From the NCBI GenBank assembly GCA_965178125.1, contig OZ237756.1:248001-312000 (forward strand): a stretch of DNA of 64,000 bases, read 5' to 3'. Below the pieces are notes generated by a model. The model was not told the origin of the DNA. It searched no databases and was given only the letters and a program-made list of their open reading frames with translations. The stretch comes from Bilabrum cf. latius. Its lineage: Eukaryota. A program made the position numbers and the translations under genes. How positions within the stretch are numbered: the first letter of the stretch is position 1; the number at the start of each line of letters is the position of its first letter. Of this stretch, positions 27,601-39,981 are shown piece after piece.

Positions 27601-28849
27601 AGGCGTTGATCTCGTGCGATGTGGCAGTGTTCATGTCCAGCACGAAGTATCGGTACAGAATAGGGCCTCCGCTCTCCTGCACCCTGACCTCCTCGATCGG
27701 GTTGCCGTTTGGACCCTGCATGGGGCTGTTGAATCCGAGCACTGTGAGCCCGCCGCTGGGGACGAACTGCGGCAGGGCAGACTTCGTCAAGGCAGTCATG
27801 TTGAATATCTCCCTCGAGTCACCGACTACGGTGTACACGGCGTTGGCGGCCGCGGAAGCCGTGGCTCTTCTCTGGTTGTTCGTGGACGTCGACATGACCC
27901 AGCCGTCGGCGCTGAAGGAGTAGCACGCAATCCTGCGCAGTACATCGAGGCTGTAGCATACGAAATCACCTGCTGACCACGTGTCGGCCACACCAGCTCT
28001 ATTGATGGAGTCGCCCGAGCCGGGGTTGAGGTCTGCGCCCCCCAAAGCAGAGACCTTGCCGTAGGTCGTGATGTCGTTCGGGTCCCGCATGTCCACGAAG
28101 GCGGGCTCTTTCCCGCTCCCGACGTCAAACGTCATGAACGCCCGCCCGTCCTTTGCGTAGGCCAAGCTCGAATACAGTCCAGTCGAGATGGATGCGTACA
28201 CGTCTTCGATATACTTGATCTGGCTGCCACTCGGCAGTCTGAAATCAAGGCAGGCCATCTGGTAGTCCGCGCCGTCGTTCGCTTTGTTGACTACGCAAAT
28301 CACGTCGTCTGAAAGCCACGCGCCCAGGAACTCCAGCGGAAAGGGGGGCTCCTGCGGATCGAACGGGTGCGTCCCTGGAGGCGCACTTGGGAAGCTGCCT
28401 TCCCCCATCGTGTTCTGGCCGACAACATGCACCTGGTACGGAGTCTCCGTCACGTTCACGATGATCCACTCGATCTTACCGTCGATAAAGGCGCTGGTTG
28501 AAAGGAGGTTCCCGTCTGGTGACAGATACTGGAACGCATCCCGCTGATTGTTCCAGTACCCGCTTTGCGGCCCCGGCGCGAACTCGATAGGAACCACACT
28601 CACGTTCCCGGCCGCCTCGCATGATGCAGAATACAACTCATACCCAATTTCGCGCCCGCCATATGCCTGAAGAGTGGCGCCAGAAGGGCTTGCTCTGAAT
28701 AGGCGCGGCTATCCGCCTCGCCGGTTGGGGTTGGTATCCGTGACCTCCACGCTCAACAAGCGGCCTGAAGTAGGCGTAGCCCCCAGATTATTACCATTGG
28801 CTATACTAGCAGCGATTAAAGCCGACAGAGCAGCGAAAATCGTGTGCAT
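24605..28849 (-). CDS. Single-pass cell-surface protein, copy A (signal peptide, large beta-rich ectodomain, Ser/Thr/Pro stalk, TM helix), ~1414 aa
   Basis: ORFs 28709-28900, 27521-28636, 26348-27469 and 24605-26239 are in one frame joined at TAG. Signal MHTIFAALSALIAASIANG; 7x ITSSPSTSPTPS; TM WIFILVGVIVLVAIVSCVVYWFCC; ends TGA. Confidence 0.82.
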
Positions 28850-29041
28850 ATGTCCTCCAAATGCTTGTGCACCTGGCGACTCCAGGCCAGCCGGTGGCAA
28901 CTGATTCCGGTTTGATTGTGGGAGTAAGGTGCTGATTTTGGCTCCAAAACAAGGTCGGGAAATAAATCACCGGATACTTACCAAAGTTCTACCCACCATC
29001 CATAACCTGCCAACAAAAAAGCTCTCCGTGCACCCTATGCT

Positions 29042-29721
29042 CTCCACCGCAGCGCTCTCCTGTCCCTCCCCACAGACTCCACCGCAGCGCCCTCCTGCCC
29101 CTCCCCACAGACTCCACCGCAGCGCCCTCCTGTCCCTCTCCACAGCCTACACCGCAGCGCCCTCATGTCCCTCCCTACAAACTCCACCGCAGCGCCCTCC
29201 TGTCCCTCCCCACAGACTCCACCGCAGCGCCCTCCTGTCCCTCCCCACAGCCTCCACCGCAGCGCCCTCATGTCCCTCCCCACAGACTCCACCGCAGCGC
29301 CCTCCTGTCCCTCCCCACAGACTCCACCGCAGCGCCCTCCTGTCCCTCCCCACAGACTCCACCGCAGCGCCCTCCTGTCCCTCCCCACAGACTCCACCGC
29401 AGCGCCCTCCTGTCCCTCCCCACAGCCTCCACCGCAGCGCCCTCCTGTCCCTCCCCACAGACTCCACCGCAGCGCCCTCCTGTCCCTCCCAACAGACTCC
29501 ACCGCAGCGCCCTCCTGTCCCTCCCCACAGACTCCACCGCAGCGCCCTCCTGTCCCTCCCCACAGACTCCACCGCAGCGCCCTCCTGTCCCTCCCCACAG
29601 ACTCCACCACAGCGCCCTCCTGTCCCTCCCCACAGACTCCACCACAGCGCCCTCCTGTCCCTCCCCACAGCCTCCACCGCAGCGCCCTCCTGTCCCTCCC
29701 CACAGCCTACACCGCAGCGCC
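29042..29721. repeat. 35-bp minisatellite, ~19 copies
   Basis: Unit ctccaccgcagcgccctcctgtccctccccacaga. Confidence 0.95.
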
Positions 29722-30232
29722 GTCATTCATGTGTACTCCCTGAGGTCCTTGTGTGGACCACGGACAGGGTCAGGTCTCGGTGGCCATGCAGGGCCGAAGC
29801 CGATGCATCCGCTTCCGCACTGCGCAGCCCCACCCTCAGTGGCCCTGTTCCCTGCGCCGTATCGACGAGGTGCTGCAGGGACACGAGGGTATGGCGCAGT
29901 ATCGATTTGACCACTGGTTGTTCAGCGCGACCTGGGGCTAAGGCAAGAGTGAGGTGGGAGGCCGGGTCTGAATCTGAACCTAGGGCAAGAGTGATGAGGT
30001 AGGGCTGAGCGCCTTGGCCCCAAGGGTTGGCTGTTTCCATACGGGGCGCGCTATTGGAGCCTATATTGATGCCGAGCCGTCGATTATCGTGGCGACCGGA
30101 GTCATTGGTACAGCTGCTGGCGAAGACGGAGGTGGACAGGGTGCTGATGAGCCCACCCCAAACGGGATCGTAAATAACACAAGATTCCCTGGCCCTCCGG
30201 CCCTTTCGCCCTATCAGCCCTTTACATGGTCC

Positions 30233-30419
30233 ACGTCTACTGCGGCCAACCTTTTGCTGCCTTCCCCTTGGCGGTATCACTGCTACTAGTAGGATTGGTG
30301 GATGCAGCTTCCGGTTGCACCTTACGAGCTTGTGCAGCGCGCTTTGCTTTTGCTAGCACCGTTGACGTATCGATAGACGCTGTTCCCCCAAAGAATGAAC
30401 TCAAAGAAGACTATTTCAT
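30233..30419 (-). pseudogene. Truncated copy of MSH3 5' end
   Basis: ATG AAA TAG TCT TCT TTG AGT TCA TTC TTT... matches 23734 onward, then has indels and joins unrelated sequence. Confidence 0.75.
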
Positions 30420-31282
30420 GATTCTGTTATCATAGCGTATGCAGTGGCCCTTCTTGTTAGCTAGACCAGATCTACTCCGCAAAGTCTAGGCTATGCAGTG
30501 CCGTGCAGCAGCGCGGTCGAGGCACGGCGTAACGTCACTTAGCTTTCGTGGAGTGCACAGGATTACAATGGCCAGACACAGTGGGACCTCTTGCTCGCAT
30601 GATATCGCACGCGGCGGCAGACCTTGCTGGTTTGGAAGCAATCGCGCTCCACGGGTGGACCCCGCCGGGGGCATGGGCATCGGCAGGGAGCGGCATTGAG
30701 GTCGATGTCTCCCAAGCTCCAGCGAATCCTACACGAGTCAGTAGTGAACGATCCACAGAATGGCAGGCTGCGAAGGAAGCAGCCGGGTGACTGGTGGAGG
30801 TCTCCGGGGTGCCCGGAGGCGAAGCATCCGATCGGTGGATGGATCGAATCGGTGGATCCGCTGTGGCTGTGAGGATTTTCTGCTCGGAGATGGGCGTGGC
30901 ACGCGGCCTCCAATGAGGCTTACCAGCGATAGCCCCCTCCAACCAGGCTAGTGTCTTGCGATCCTACGGAAGTTCGGCGCGAGACCACTGCCGACATGGG
31001 GTGCAGAAGGCGATGGATCGATTATTGCGGATGGGAGGCGTGGGGCCAAGGGGGCCCGCCGGCGCTCAGCGGCGGAGATCCATGGCTGCCTGGATGGAGG
31101 GACGGTTCGGTGCGGTCGACTCTGCAAATAGTATTTTGGAAGGTCAAAGCTGCACAGGCTCGTTTGGATGCATTTCATTCAAGATGCCCCCAAGTCGGCT
31201 CACCAGACCAACGGCTCCAGCGAACAAAACCTGTCCCGACTTTGGCACTGCTTCCAGTCCGAAATCCAGGTGACGGATTCAC

Positions 31283-34200
31283 TCACACTGCGACAGCTAG
31301 CGTGTTGCCCATGCCTCCCTCCGTTGCAGCGGTCGACTTCTCAGCAGGGCGCTTACCATGCTTGTCTGGTTCCGTGCGGGCCTTGGACTGCTTCCCGCAA
31401 CAGAACCAGTACACGACGCACGAGACGATCGCCACAAGGACGATGACGCCCACCAGAATAAAGATCCATGCCGGAGTGCCGTCTGATTCCCCATCCTCAA
31501 CGTAGGGTGACGCCACCACTGCAGCTCCGTCGGTGCTTCCAGCCCACGATGCCTCGGCCCCAGGCGCTCCCGTGGTCAGCTGCGTCAGGGCCGTCTGATT
31601 CTGCAGTGATAGTTCCATCCGCTCGAGGAATTCGGTCGCCTGCGTCTCTGATTGCACGGGCACCTGGAGCACGAGCGTGGTGCTGTCCTCTTCTGCCGAC
31701 TCCAGCCAGTACGACGTAGACTCCGGGTCAACCCCGATGCTGGCAAGCGCAGCCACGACAAAGGCCTCGGCGCTGCTGCAGCCGATGTCGGTGAATGCCG
31801 CCCCTTCGATCTGCACGGAGGCCTCGAGCAGCAGTCGAGACGGTGACCCGCCCGTGCTCCCCCCAGCGCCATTCGAGCACAGGACCCCATCATCAGTCTC
31901 CTCTTCTACTGCTGCGGGAGGCGGCCTCTTGCCGCGACGACGACGAGTGGGAGTGCTGGCCTGGCTGCTGCTGCTCGGGGAGGCCGTAGATGGGCTCGGG
32001 GCAGAGCTCACGGATGATGATTGCGATGATCTGCTGGGACTGCTGGTGATGCTCGGCGTGGGCGAGGTGCTGGGACTGCTGGTGATGCTCGGCGTGGGCG
32101 AGGTGCTGGGACTGCTGGTGATGCTCGGCGTGGGCGAGGTGCTGGGACTGCTGGTGATGCTCGGCGTGGGCGATGGACTAGCACTGACCGACGGCGACGG
32201 GCTTGGGGTGGGCGAGGGCGTGGTGCTTGCTTCCACGATGCTGAAGAAAGCCAGCTCGAGCCCCAACACTGGTACCTCGGCCAGAGCCACCACACCGGGC
32301 TCGCCGTCCCAACGAGGTACAATGGTATCGACCACTCCATCCTCGACCACGATGTCCCCGAGGGTGTAGGCCTCCGCACCTGCATCAGTGATTGCCATGC
32401 AGGCAATCTGCGTGCCGTTGGACCCGCCAGCCGCACCGGGATTGACGAAGCATGACGTGTCGTTCCACCCTCCTGCGTGCACCAGGCCTGATATGGCGAC
32501 ATCTCCCGTGTGGTTGTTCCCCAGGCTCACACTGCCCACCACAGCACTGAGTTCCGGATTCTGCACATTCCCCATGACAAGGGATGTTCCGGCATTTCCG
32601 TCCAGCCGGGCGACGGCTGCGAAATGCGAGCGCGACGATCCGACGGTCCCGATCGTGTACTCAAAGAGATTCCCCGCTTCCTCCGTCTCAGCGAAGACCT
32701 GGAACGGGTTTCCGGCAAACACTGCCTCGGCGCTGAAATACGACAGCTTGTTGGATCCGTCTACAACGGTGAGCACGAATGCACTGTTGCCCATTCCGTC
32801 CTGCAGCACAGCGAGTCGCTCGAAGCTCCCCTGGGACGTCTCCTCCTGGCATGCAGGCTCGCCGGAATCCCTGTTTACGTTGCAAACAGAGTAGCGGTCG
32901 TCTCCTGACGCGTCAAACTACAGCACGAAGTAGTCGGCAGCACCCCCGGGCACATCCAGCCTTGCCCGCACCACGTCGCCATCACCGAGACGTGGCGTGG
33001 CCGTTGTGTTCACCTGGTACCTCTGGGCGGCAGCGGTTGCATTCGACCCGTCCAGCACCATTACCTCCGCGTTCTGGTCGTCATTGAGCGCTGCAAACAC
33101 GCACCACCGGTCGGCTACCACGCCCACCAGGCTAGCCTGCGCATCCACGCCGACGGATGCCGGGTTGGGCTCCACCGTCTGCCAGGCGTCCGCCCCTTGA
33201 CGGTTCAAGTTGAACACGTACGGCTGGAATTCGGCGCCCTGCACCTTCATTACACCGCAGACAGATGACGCACTCTGCAGGGAGACGGCGTGTCCCCGGC
33301 GCGCCTCCAACCGCGTGAAGGGCAACTCATTGAGGTCCGTTACAGGATCAAACGGCTTGGTGGTTGCATTGCCCATGTAGAAGTAGGCCCGGTTCGGGTG
33401 CATGATGAGGACGCCGCCGTCCCCGCCCAGGATGAACATGTCCTGCGTGTAAATGCGCGCAGGATTGCCGATGTACCCACGGGCGTCCCTGGGGTCTTCT
33501 GCTAGGTCCCAGATGGACACATCGAACTCACGCGAGCCGTTGAAGGCGCACCGCACGTCGTCTTGCTCGAAGACGGGATACGATGGGAGAAATCTTCCGA
33601 TGATTGCGCACCGTCCAGACCCTATCGCAGGATGGATCGGGAAGGAGTACTCGAGGTTTAGTTCAGAGTCCTTGGTCTCTTGATTCAGCTCGATGATTTC
33701 AAGGGACCCCGTTTGCATCATCCCGCCTGCAGGATTCATCCGCGGGACAGTGGCGACTGCCAGCTCTTTGCCCCACACCCCGGATGGCTCCACGGCTAGG
33801 AGAACCTTATTGTTACCAGTGCATCCGTGCATAAGAACAGGGACCACCATCATGTCGGGGCTGTAGCCCCCAGCCAGCTGGAGCTGTACCGCGTCGCCTT
33901 GGTCGCCGTTCCAGTAGTAGGCCTGCGCGTAGGTAATAGCGACCACGGCCTCTCTGTTCCCTGGACCAGAGCCCTCCCCGAGGGCATATAGACTCATCCA
34001 GGTCTGGCCCGCCGACCCGGCAATGACAGTGACATCCACCGCGGATGAGTTGGTGAGATCCAGGAGGACCAGGGAGCCGTCGGCCCCCGACTACGTGGAG
34101 CGTGGGTACACTATTTCGGTGTCAGACACGGTCGCGCCCTTCTTGTTGTGCGCCAGTCGCTGAATCTCAGAGGCATTGATCTCGTGCGAAATGCCAGTGT

Positions 34201-35419
34201 TCATGTCCAGCACGGCGTATCGGTACACAACGGGGCCTCCGCTCTCCTCCCGCACCCTGACCTCCTCGATCGGGTTGCCGGTGGGTCCGAATCGGGGGGA
34301 AGTGTACCCGAGCACTGTGGGCTCGCCGCTGGGGACGAACTGCGGCGGCGTTGACTTCGTCAATGAGGTCATGTTGAATATCTCCCTCGAGTCACCGACC
34401 ACGGTGTACACGGCGTTGGCGGCCGCGGAAGCCGTGGCTGCTCTCGAGCCAAACGACGTCGACATGACCCAGCCGTCGGCGCTGAAGGAGTAGCACGCTA
34501 TCTTGGCCTATCTAGAGAGGCTGTAGCATACGAAATCACCTGCTGACCACGCAGTGGTCACACCAGCGTTCTATGTGGAGTCGGCCGGGCCGGGGTTGAG
34601 GTCGGCGCCCCCCAAAGCGAAGACCTTGCCGTAGGTCGTGTTGTCGTTCGGGTCCCGCATGTCCACATAGGCGGGCTCTTTCCCGCTCCCGACGTCAAAC
34701 GTTATGCATGCCCGCCCGTCCTTTGCGTAGCCAAAGCTCGAGAACAGACCATCCGGGGTGGGTCCGTACACGTCGTCGATATACTTGATCTGGCTGCCAC
34801 TCGGCAATCTGAAATCAAGGCAGGCCATCTGGTAGTCCGCGCCGTCATTAGCCTTGTTGACTACGCATATCACGTCGTCTGAAAGCCACGAGCCCCGGAA
34901 CTCCAGCAGAGAGGGGGGCTCCTGCGGATCGAACGGGTGCGTCCCTGGAGGCGCACTTGGGAAGCTGCCTTCCCCCATCGTGTTCTGGCCGACAACATGC
35001 ACCCGGTACGGAGTCTCCGTCACGTTCACGATGATCCACTCGATCTTACCGTCGATAAAGGCGCTGGTTGAAAGGAGGTTCCCGTCTGGTGACAGAAACT
35101 GGTACGCATCCCGCTGATTGTTCCAGTACCCGCTTTGCGGCCCCGGCGCGAACTCGATAGGAACCACACTCACGTTCCCGGCCGCCTCGCATGATGCAGA
35201 ATACAACTCATACCCAATTTCGCGCCCGCCATATGCCTGAAGAGTGGCGCCAGAAGGGCTGGCTCTGAATAGGCGCGGCTATCCGCCTCGCCGGTTGGGG
35301 TTGGTATCCGTGACCTCCACGCTCAATAAGCGGCCTGAAGTAGGCGTAGCCCCCAGATTATTACCATTGGCTATACTAGCAGTGATAAAAGCCGACAGAG
35401 CAGCGAAAATCGTGTACAT
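31283..35419 (-). CDS. Single-pass cell-surface protein, copy B
   Basis: Paralogue of 24605-28849 in one frame with TAGs at 35279, 34571, 34508, 34091, 32918; 4x ITSSPSTSPTPS; same TM; ends TGA. Confidence 0.82.
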
Positions 35420-35611
35420 ATGTCCTCCAAATGCTTGTGCACCTGGCGACTCCGGGCCAGCCGGTGGCAACTGATTCCGGTTTGATTGTGGGAGTAAGGT
35501 GCTGATTTTGGCTCCAAAACAAGGTCGGGAAATAAATCACCGGATACTTACCAAAGTTCTACCCACCATCCATAACCTGCCAACAAAAAAGCTCTCCGTG
35601 CACCCTATGCT

Positions 35612-35781
35612 CTCCACCGCAGCGCTCTCCTGTCCCTCCCCACAGACTCCACCGCAGCGCCCTCCTCTCCCTCCCCACAGCCTCCACCGCAGCGCCCTCC
35701 TGTCCCTCCCCACAGACTCCACCGCAGCGCCCTCCTGTCCCTCCCCACAGACTCCACCGCAGCGCCCTCCTGTCCCTCCCC
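35612..35781. repeat. 35-bp minisatellite, ~5 copies
   Basis: Same unit as 29042-29721. Confidence 0.9.
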
Positions 35782-36312
35782 ACAGCCTACACCGCAGCGC
35801 CGTCATTCATGTGTACTCCCTGAGGTCCTTGTGTGGACCACGGACAGGGTCAGGTCTCGGGGGCCATGCAGGGCCGAAGCCGATGCATCCGCTTCCGCAC
35901 TGCGCAGCCCCACCCTCAGTGGCCCTGTTCCCTGCGCCGTATCGACGAGGTGCTGCAGGGACACGAGGGTATGGCGCAGTATCGATTTGACCACTGGTTG
36001 TTCAGCGCGACCCGGGGCTAAGGCAAGAGTGAGGTGGGAGGCCGGGTCTGAATCTGAACCTAGGGCAAGAGTGATGAGGTAGGGCTGAGCGCCTTGGCCC
36101 CAAGGGTTGGCTGTTTCCATACGGGGCGCGCTATTGGAGCCTATATTGATGCCGAGCCGTCGATTATCGTGGCGACCGGAGTCATTGGTACAGCTGCTGG
36201 CGAAGACGGAGGTGGACAGGGTGCTGATGAGCCCACCCCAAACGGGATCGCAAATAACACAAGATTCCCTGGCCCTCCGGCCCTTTCGCCCTATCAGCCC
36301 TTCACATGGTCC

Positions 36313-36495
36313 ACGTCTACTGCGGCCAACCTTTTGCTGCCTTCCCCTTGGCGGTATCACTGCTACTAGTAGGATTGGTGGATGCAGCTTCCGGTTGCAC
36401 CTTACGAGCTTGTGCAGCGTTGCTTTGCCTAGAACCGTTGACGTATCGATAGACGCGGTCCCCCCAAAGAATGAACTCAATGAAGACTATTTCTT
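36313..36495 (-). pseudogene. Second, more decayed copy of MSH3 5' end
   Basis: Homologous to 23553-23734; ATG lost and small deletions present. Confidence 0.7.
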
Positions 36496-36984
36496 GATTT
36501 TGCAATCATAATTTAAGCAATGCCACCCGGAACTGTGAGTATATGCAGTGCCGTGCAGTAGCGTGATCGAGGCACGTCACGTTCGTTCGTAGCTTTCGTG
36601 GATTACACAGTAGTACAGTTGCTGCACACGGTGGGGCTTCTTGCACGCATGATGTCGCACGCGCCAGCAGACCTTGCTGATTGGGGAGCAATCGCGCTCC
36701 TCGTTCGGACCTCTCTACAATCTGCTAGTCAACGGGCCCCGCGAAAAATTGATCACAAGTTTATCAAAGCAGTTTGCATCTCGACTTAGTATTGATTATG
36801 TTTGTACCGTCATTTATGGAGATACTGCCTTGCGATATCGGACCGCGTGTCGTTGCGACCACTGGCACTGGTGGCAGTGGATGCTCACTCACTATTTGGA
36901 GCTCATGTACCGTATGCTTGGTATACGCGCCTCGAAGAAATAAATTAAAGCGCATTTTGGAGCTACTGCAGGCCTGCTCCGACA

Positions 36985-39711
36985 ATGATAGAGCCATTGG
37001 ATGCTAGAGAGGTGGATGCACTTTTTCAGGAAGATAGCGATACGGAGCAGATACTGTCCACGGGCCGTTCCAGAACCGACCACACTAGCTGGCAACCAAA
37101 TTTTCGGATCCAATCTGAGAATATAGTAGAATGGGGTGTGCATGCTTGCCTCGGACACTCCTACCGAGCCAGACACTTGTGCTAGCAGCCGGCCAGTAGC
37201 AGCACTCTGGTTGAAGTGCAGTCAAGCGCGCACGGAAACGGATCTCCAGTAGTTCAGATACAATTATTAGGAGACGATTGCATAGTAGCCCTGTTTACGT
37301 CTGGAAGGTTGTGCGCGTGGGCGGTGTCACAGGGTGCTGCCCTCGTTGAGCTTCGCTCTGCCGGCGTGCGGTACTTTTCCGTGGTTCCCACAAAAATGGG
37401 CCAGTGCAGGCTAGTTGCTGCAATCACATCATCGGAATCACCAAGATAGTCAAACACCTTGCAGCTTGTATCGATGTGCGGAACCACGGTGCTTGCGGCC
37501 TGCAGCACAACCGCAGCTGCTGCTCGAGGCAGATGTAGCCGACGCCGTGCACGGCCCGCTTCTATCAACTTGCAGGAGAGAGACTCCCCAGCAGACCTAG
37601 ACGAACTTTTCAAAGTACCTTTACGGGCATGGACAGCCCTGTTGCCAGGGTGTTTGGGTAGCCTCGGCATCAGTAGCCCTGGGTTCGTTGAGATCGACAG
37701 CAGCAGCGGCCTCCTCGCCATTTGCAGGCCGCTTCCCAGCCACGGTAGCACTGCGCATGCGCATGGATGGTCGGTGTCGCTCTACGACTCGTCCACTCTA
37801 GACCTTCTATGTACAGAGCGGTCGGTGGATCTCCTAGACGTCAGGATTGCCAGCAACCGGACAGTGCTGCTGGCATACAGAGGCACGAGCTCTGCAGCGA
37901 CCAGAGGGCGCGGGGGAGGAGCCTAGCTCAATGCTACGAGGCAAGACACGGTATCGCGCAAGAGTCATGTTCAATCTGCTCCAGTATCCAAAGCTCTAGA
38001 GGTGCATGCACAAGCCGCGAGTGAGACGGGCCAGCGTCCCACTCGCTCCGCACGGGAGACGCACCCCAGTTCGAAAGCACCAAGCCACGTAGGCGGCCCT
38101 TCCTTCCCGCGAGTGCACGGCATTGCAGCGGACACAGTCGGTGCATGCACTGGAATCAACGAAGAGCGCCCAGGCCCAGGCACCCCCGGCGGACGAAGCC
38201 TGCCCTCACTGCCCTCTTCCCTGGCCGAGGGGTCGCTGCGGAGCGGTGGCAGGGGTCGATAGCGAGCCATGAATCGCGCCTCAAGGCCGGATTCTGGGGC
38301 GTCCTCGCCGGATTCATGGCCCATGGTGTCACCTGCAGGCAGTCCCGGATGCGTGCGGATCGGTGGGTCGCCCCCACTCGTCACAGGGGGCATCGCAGTC
38401 CTACCGCGGCCCATACTAGCCTCATGCAGCGGGGCACATGCCGGCACAGAGACATCGCCGTCTTCAGGGACCGGCGAATCGAGCAGCTGGAGCCGCCAGG
38501 GACACCTCAGGTTAGTGCGTATGGAGGCAGATACCGGCGAAGTCTGCAGCTCCGTGTCGATCCACCCGGGTCTCGCAACCGCCGCGAGCAGGGGTGCGCA
38601 GTCGTTGGCATCAAGCAGAGGCACCCTGGAGATTCTTGAGGCCATGGAAGAGCACGTGGCATTCAAGTATGCGGGGGAACCGCTCGCGACTGCTGCTCTA
38701 GCTGGCGCCAGAGTTGGCTGTGGACGACGGAGCCGCACTGATGCTGATGTTGCTGGTCAACACACATCCCCTTCTATCCAATGCTCTGACCTGGTCCATC
38801 CGCCCAGATGCCTGCTACCCGCACGTACCTTCGAAGCGCGTATCAGCGGGCCGAGATTGCAGGTGATAACACAAGAAGGGAACGTTGTGCAAGTTGAACC
38901 AGCAAGACATCGCGAGCGGCGCAAAGGAACACAGAGCAAGCAGCCTCAGCCACGAAGGACAGCCTTGCCCGCGATCGAGACTCGTGCCGGCGATTCGCGA
39001 ACTCGTCATCATCGGCCAAGTCGAACATTTGCTCGCAAGTGCAAGCCGCGTATTCGCTTCAACCTGGCCCGAGACACTGTTAGGAAAGGGAGCTCTGCTG
39101 CTGGCTGCGGGGATCCACCGGATGGCGGTGTCCCGATTGCAGGCAGCCCGAACAGGTCAGCGCAGCTTGAAGCCAGGCCTGTTCGGGAGGATCCCTTGAA
39201 GTCTCCGGCCGGTTTTTTCACTGCTGTTCCCAGGCATGTTCGGTGCGGGATTCTGGGCGCAGGATCGGTGCGTGATGACACACCTGCCAAGCAAGCCAGC
39301 GACATATCTCAGCACCAGGCAAGGCTGACCTAGATCGGCTTGAGGTGGCAGCTTCCTCGGTCTAGCATGAACAATGCAGACGTCGCCCTGGTCACTCTTC
39401 ATCGCAGCAAGTCGAGCCCTCGACAGCTGGATGCCGTGCTCTCGGGAGCTGCCGAGCATTCGTCGATTGCGCCGGTTCCTGTGCGCAGGCACCGAGTCGC
39501 ATTTGGGAGCACCATGTCTCGGCCCATTGGAACCGGTGCAAGGTATAGGTCGCCGCAAGTCATGGCGGTGTGTGCATCGATTCGAACCCACGGGGTTGGT
39601 CAAGCCGGGCACGTGCCCCGATCTCTTCTCAGGAAGCGACGCGAAGGCTGCCTTGAGATAGCACGTTTGCTCTTGGCCACACAGGATGGCCGTGTGGTTC
39701 TCTTTGAATGA
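36985..39711 (+). CDS. Hypothetical protein, probably beta-propeller/WD40-like with low-complexity inserts (~908 aa; 5' end uncertain)
   Basis: Six same-frame ORFs joined at TAG 37183, 37447, 37924, 38260, 39331; ends TGA. Propeller-like strands IVALFTSGRLCAW, PGFVEIDSSSGLLAI, LLLATQDGRVVLFE. Confidence 0.65.
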
Positions 39712-39981
39712 CGTGAGGCGCACCACGAACGAGCTCTTTCCGTGTAACCTGCGATATCCGGAATCCGGATGCAACCAATGACAATCAGGAGCAGGATTGG
39801 TGCCAAGAGCTCGATCCATTCAGGTCCGTCCGTGGTACCAGCTACTAAAAGCATGCGAAAATACTTAAATCAGATCCACAAGAAACTCCGTACGAAATTC
39901 TACAACACGATGGCAACCAGGACCGGAGCGTGGATCTCAGGGAAAAGAGTCCGGGTAGACGAGTCGAGCCATTACGCAACC

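Larger units (their letters stand above)
23553..36700. repeat. Tandem segmental duplication: unit 1 ~23553-30230, unit 2 ~30231-36310, partial third start ~36311-36700
   Basis: Long near-identical blocks repeat: the MSH3 5' end plus upstream region, the surface-protein gene, the 35-bp minisatellite, and 29720-30230 = 35780-36310. Confidence 0.92.

Noticed and set aside
29042-29721. 35-bp array as CRISPR or as a coding region (ORF 28929-30002)
   Set aside because: No spacers; the ORFs in several frames are by-products of a stop-free repeat
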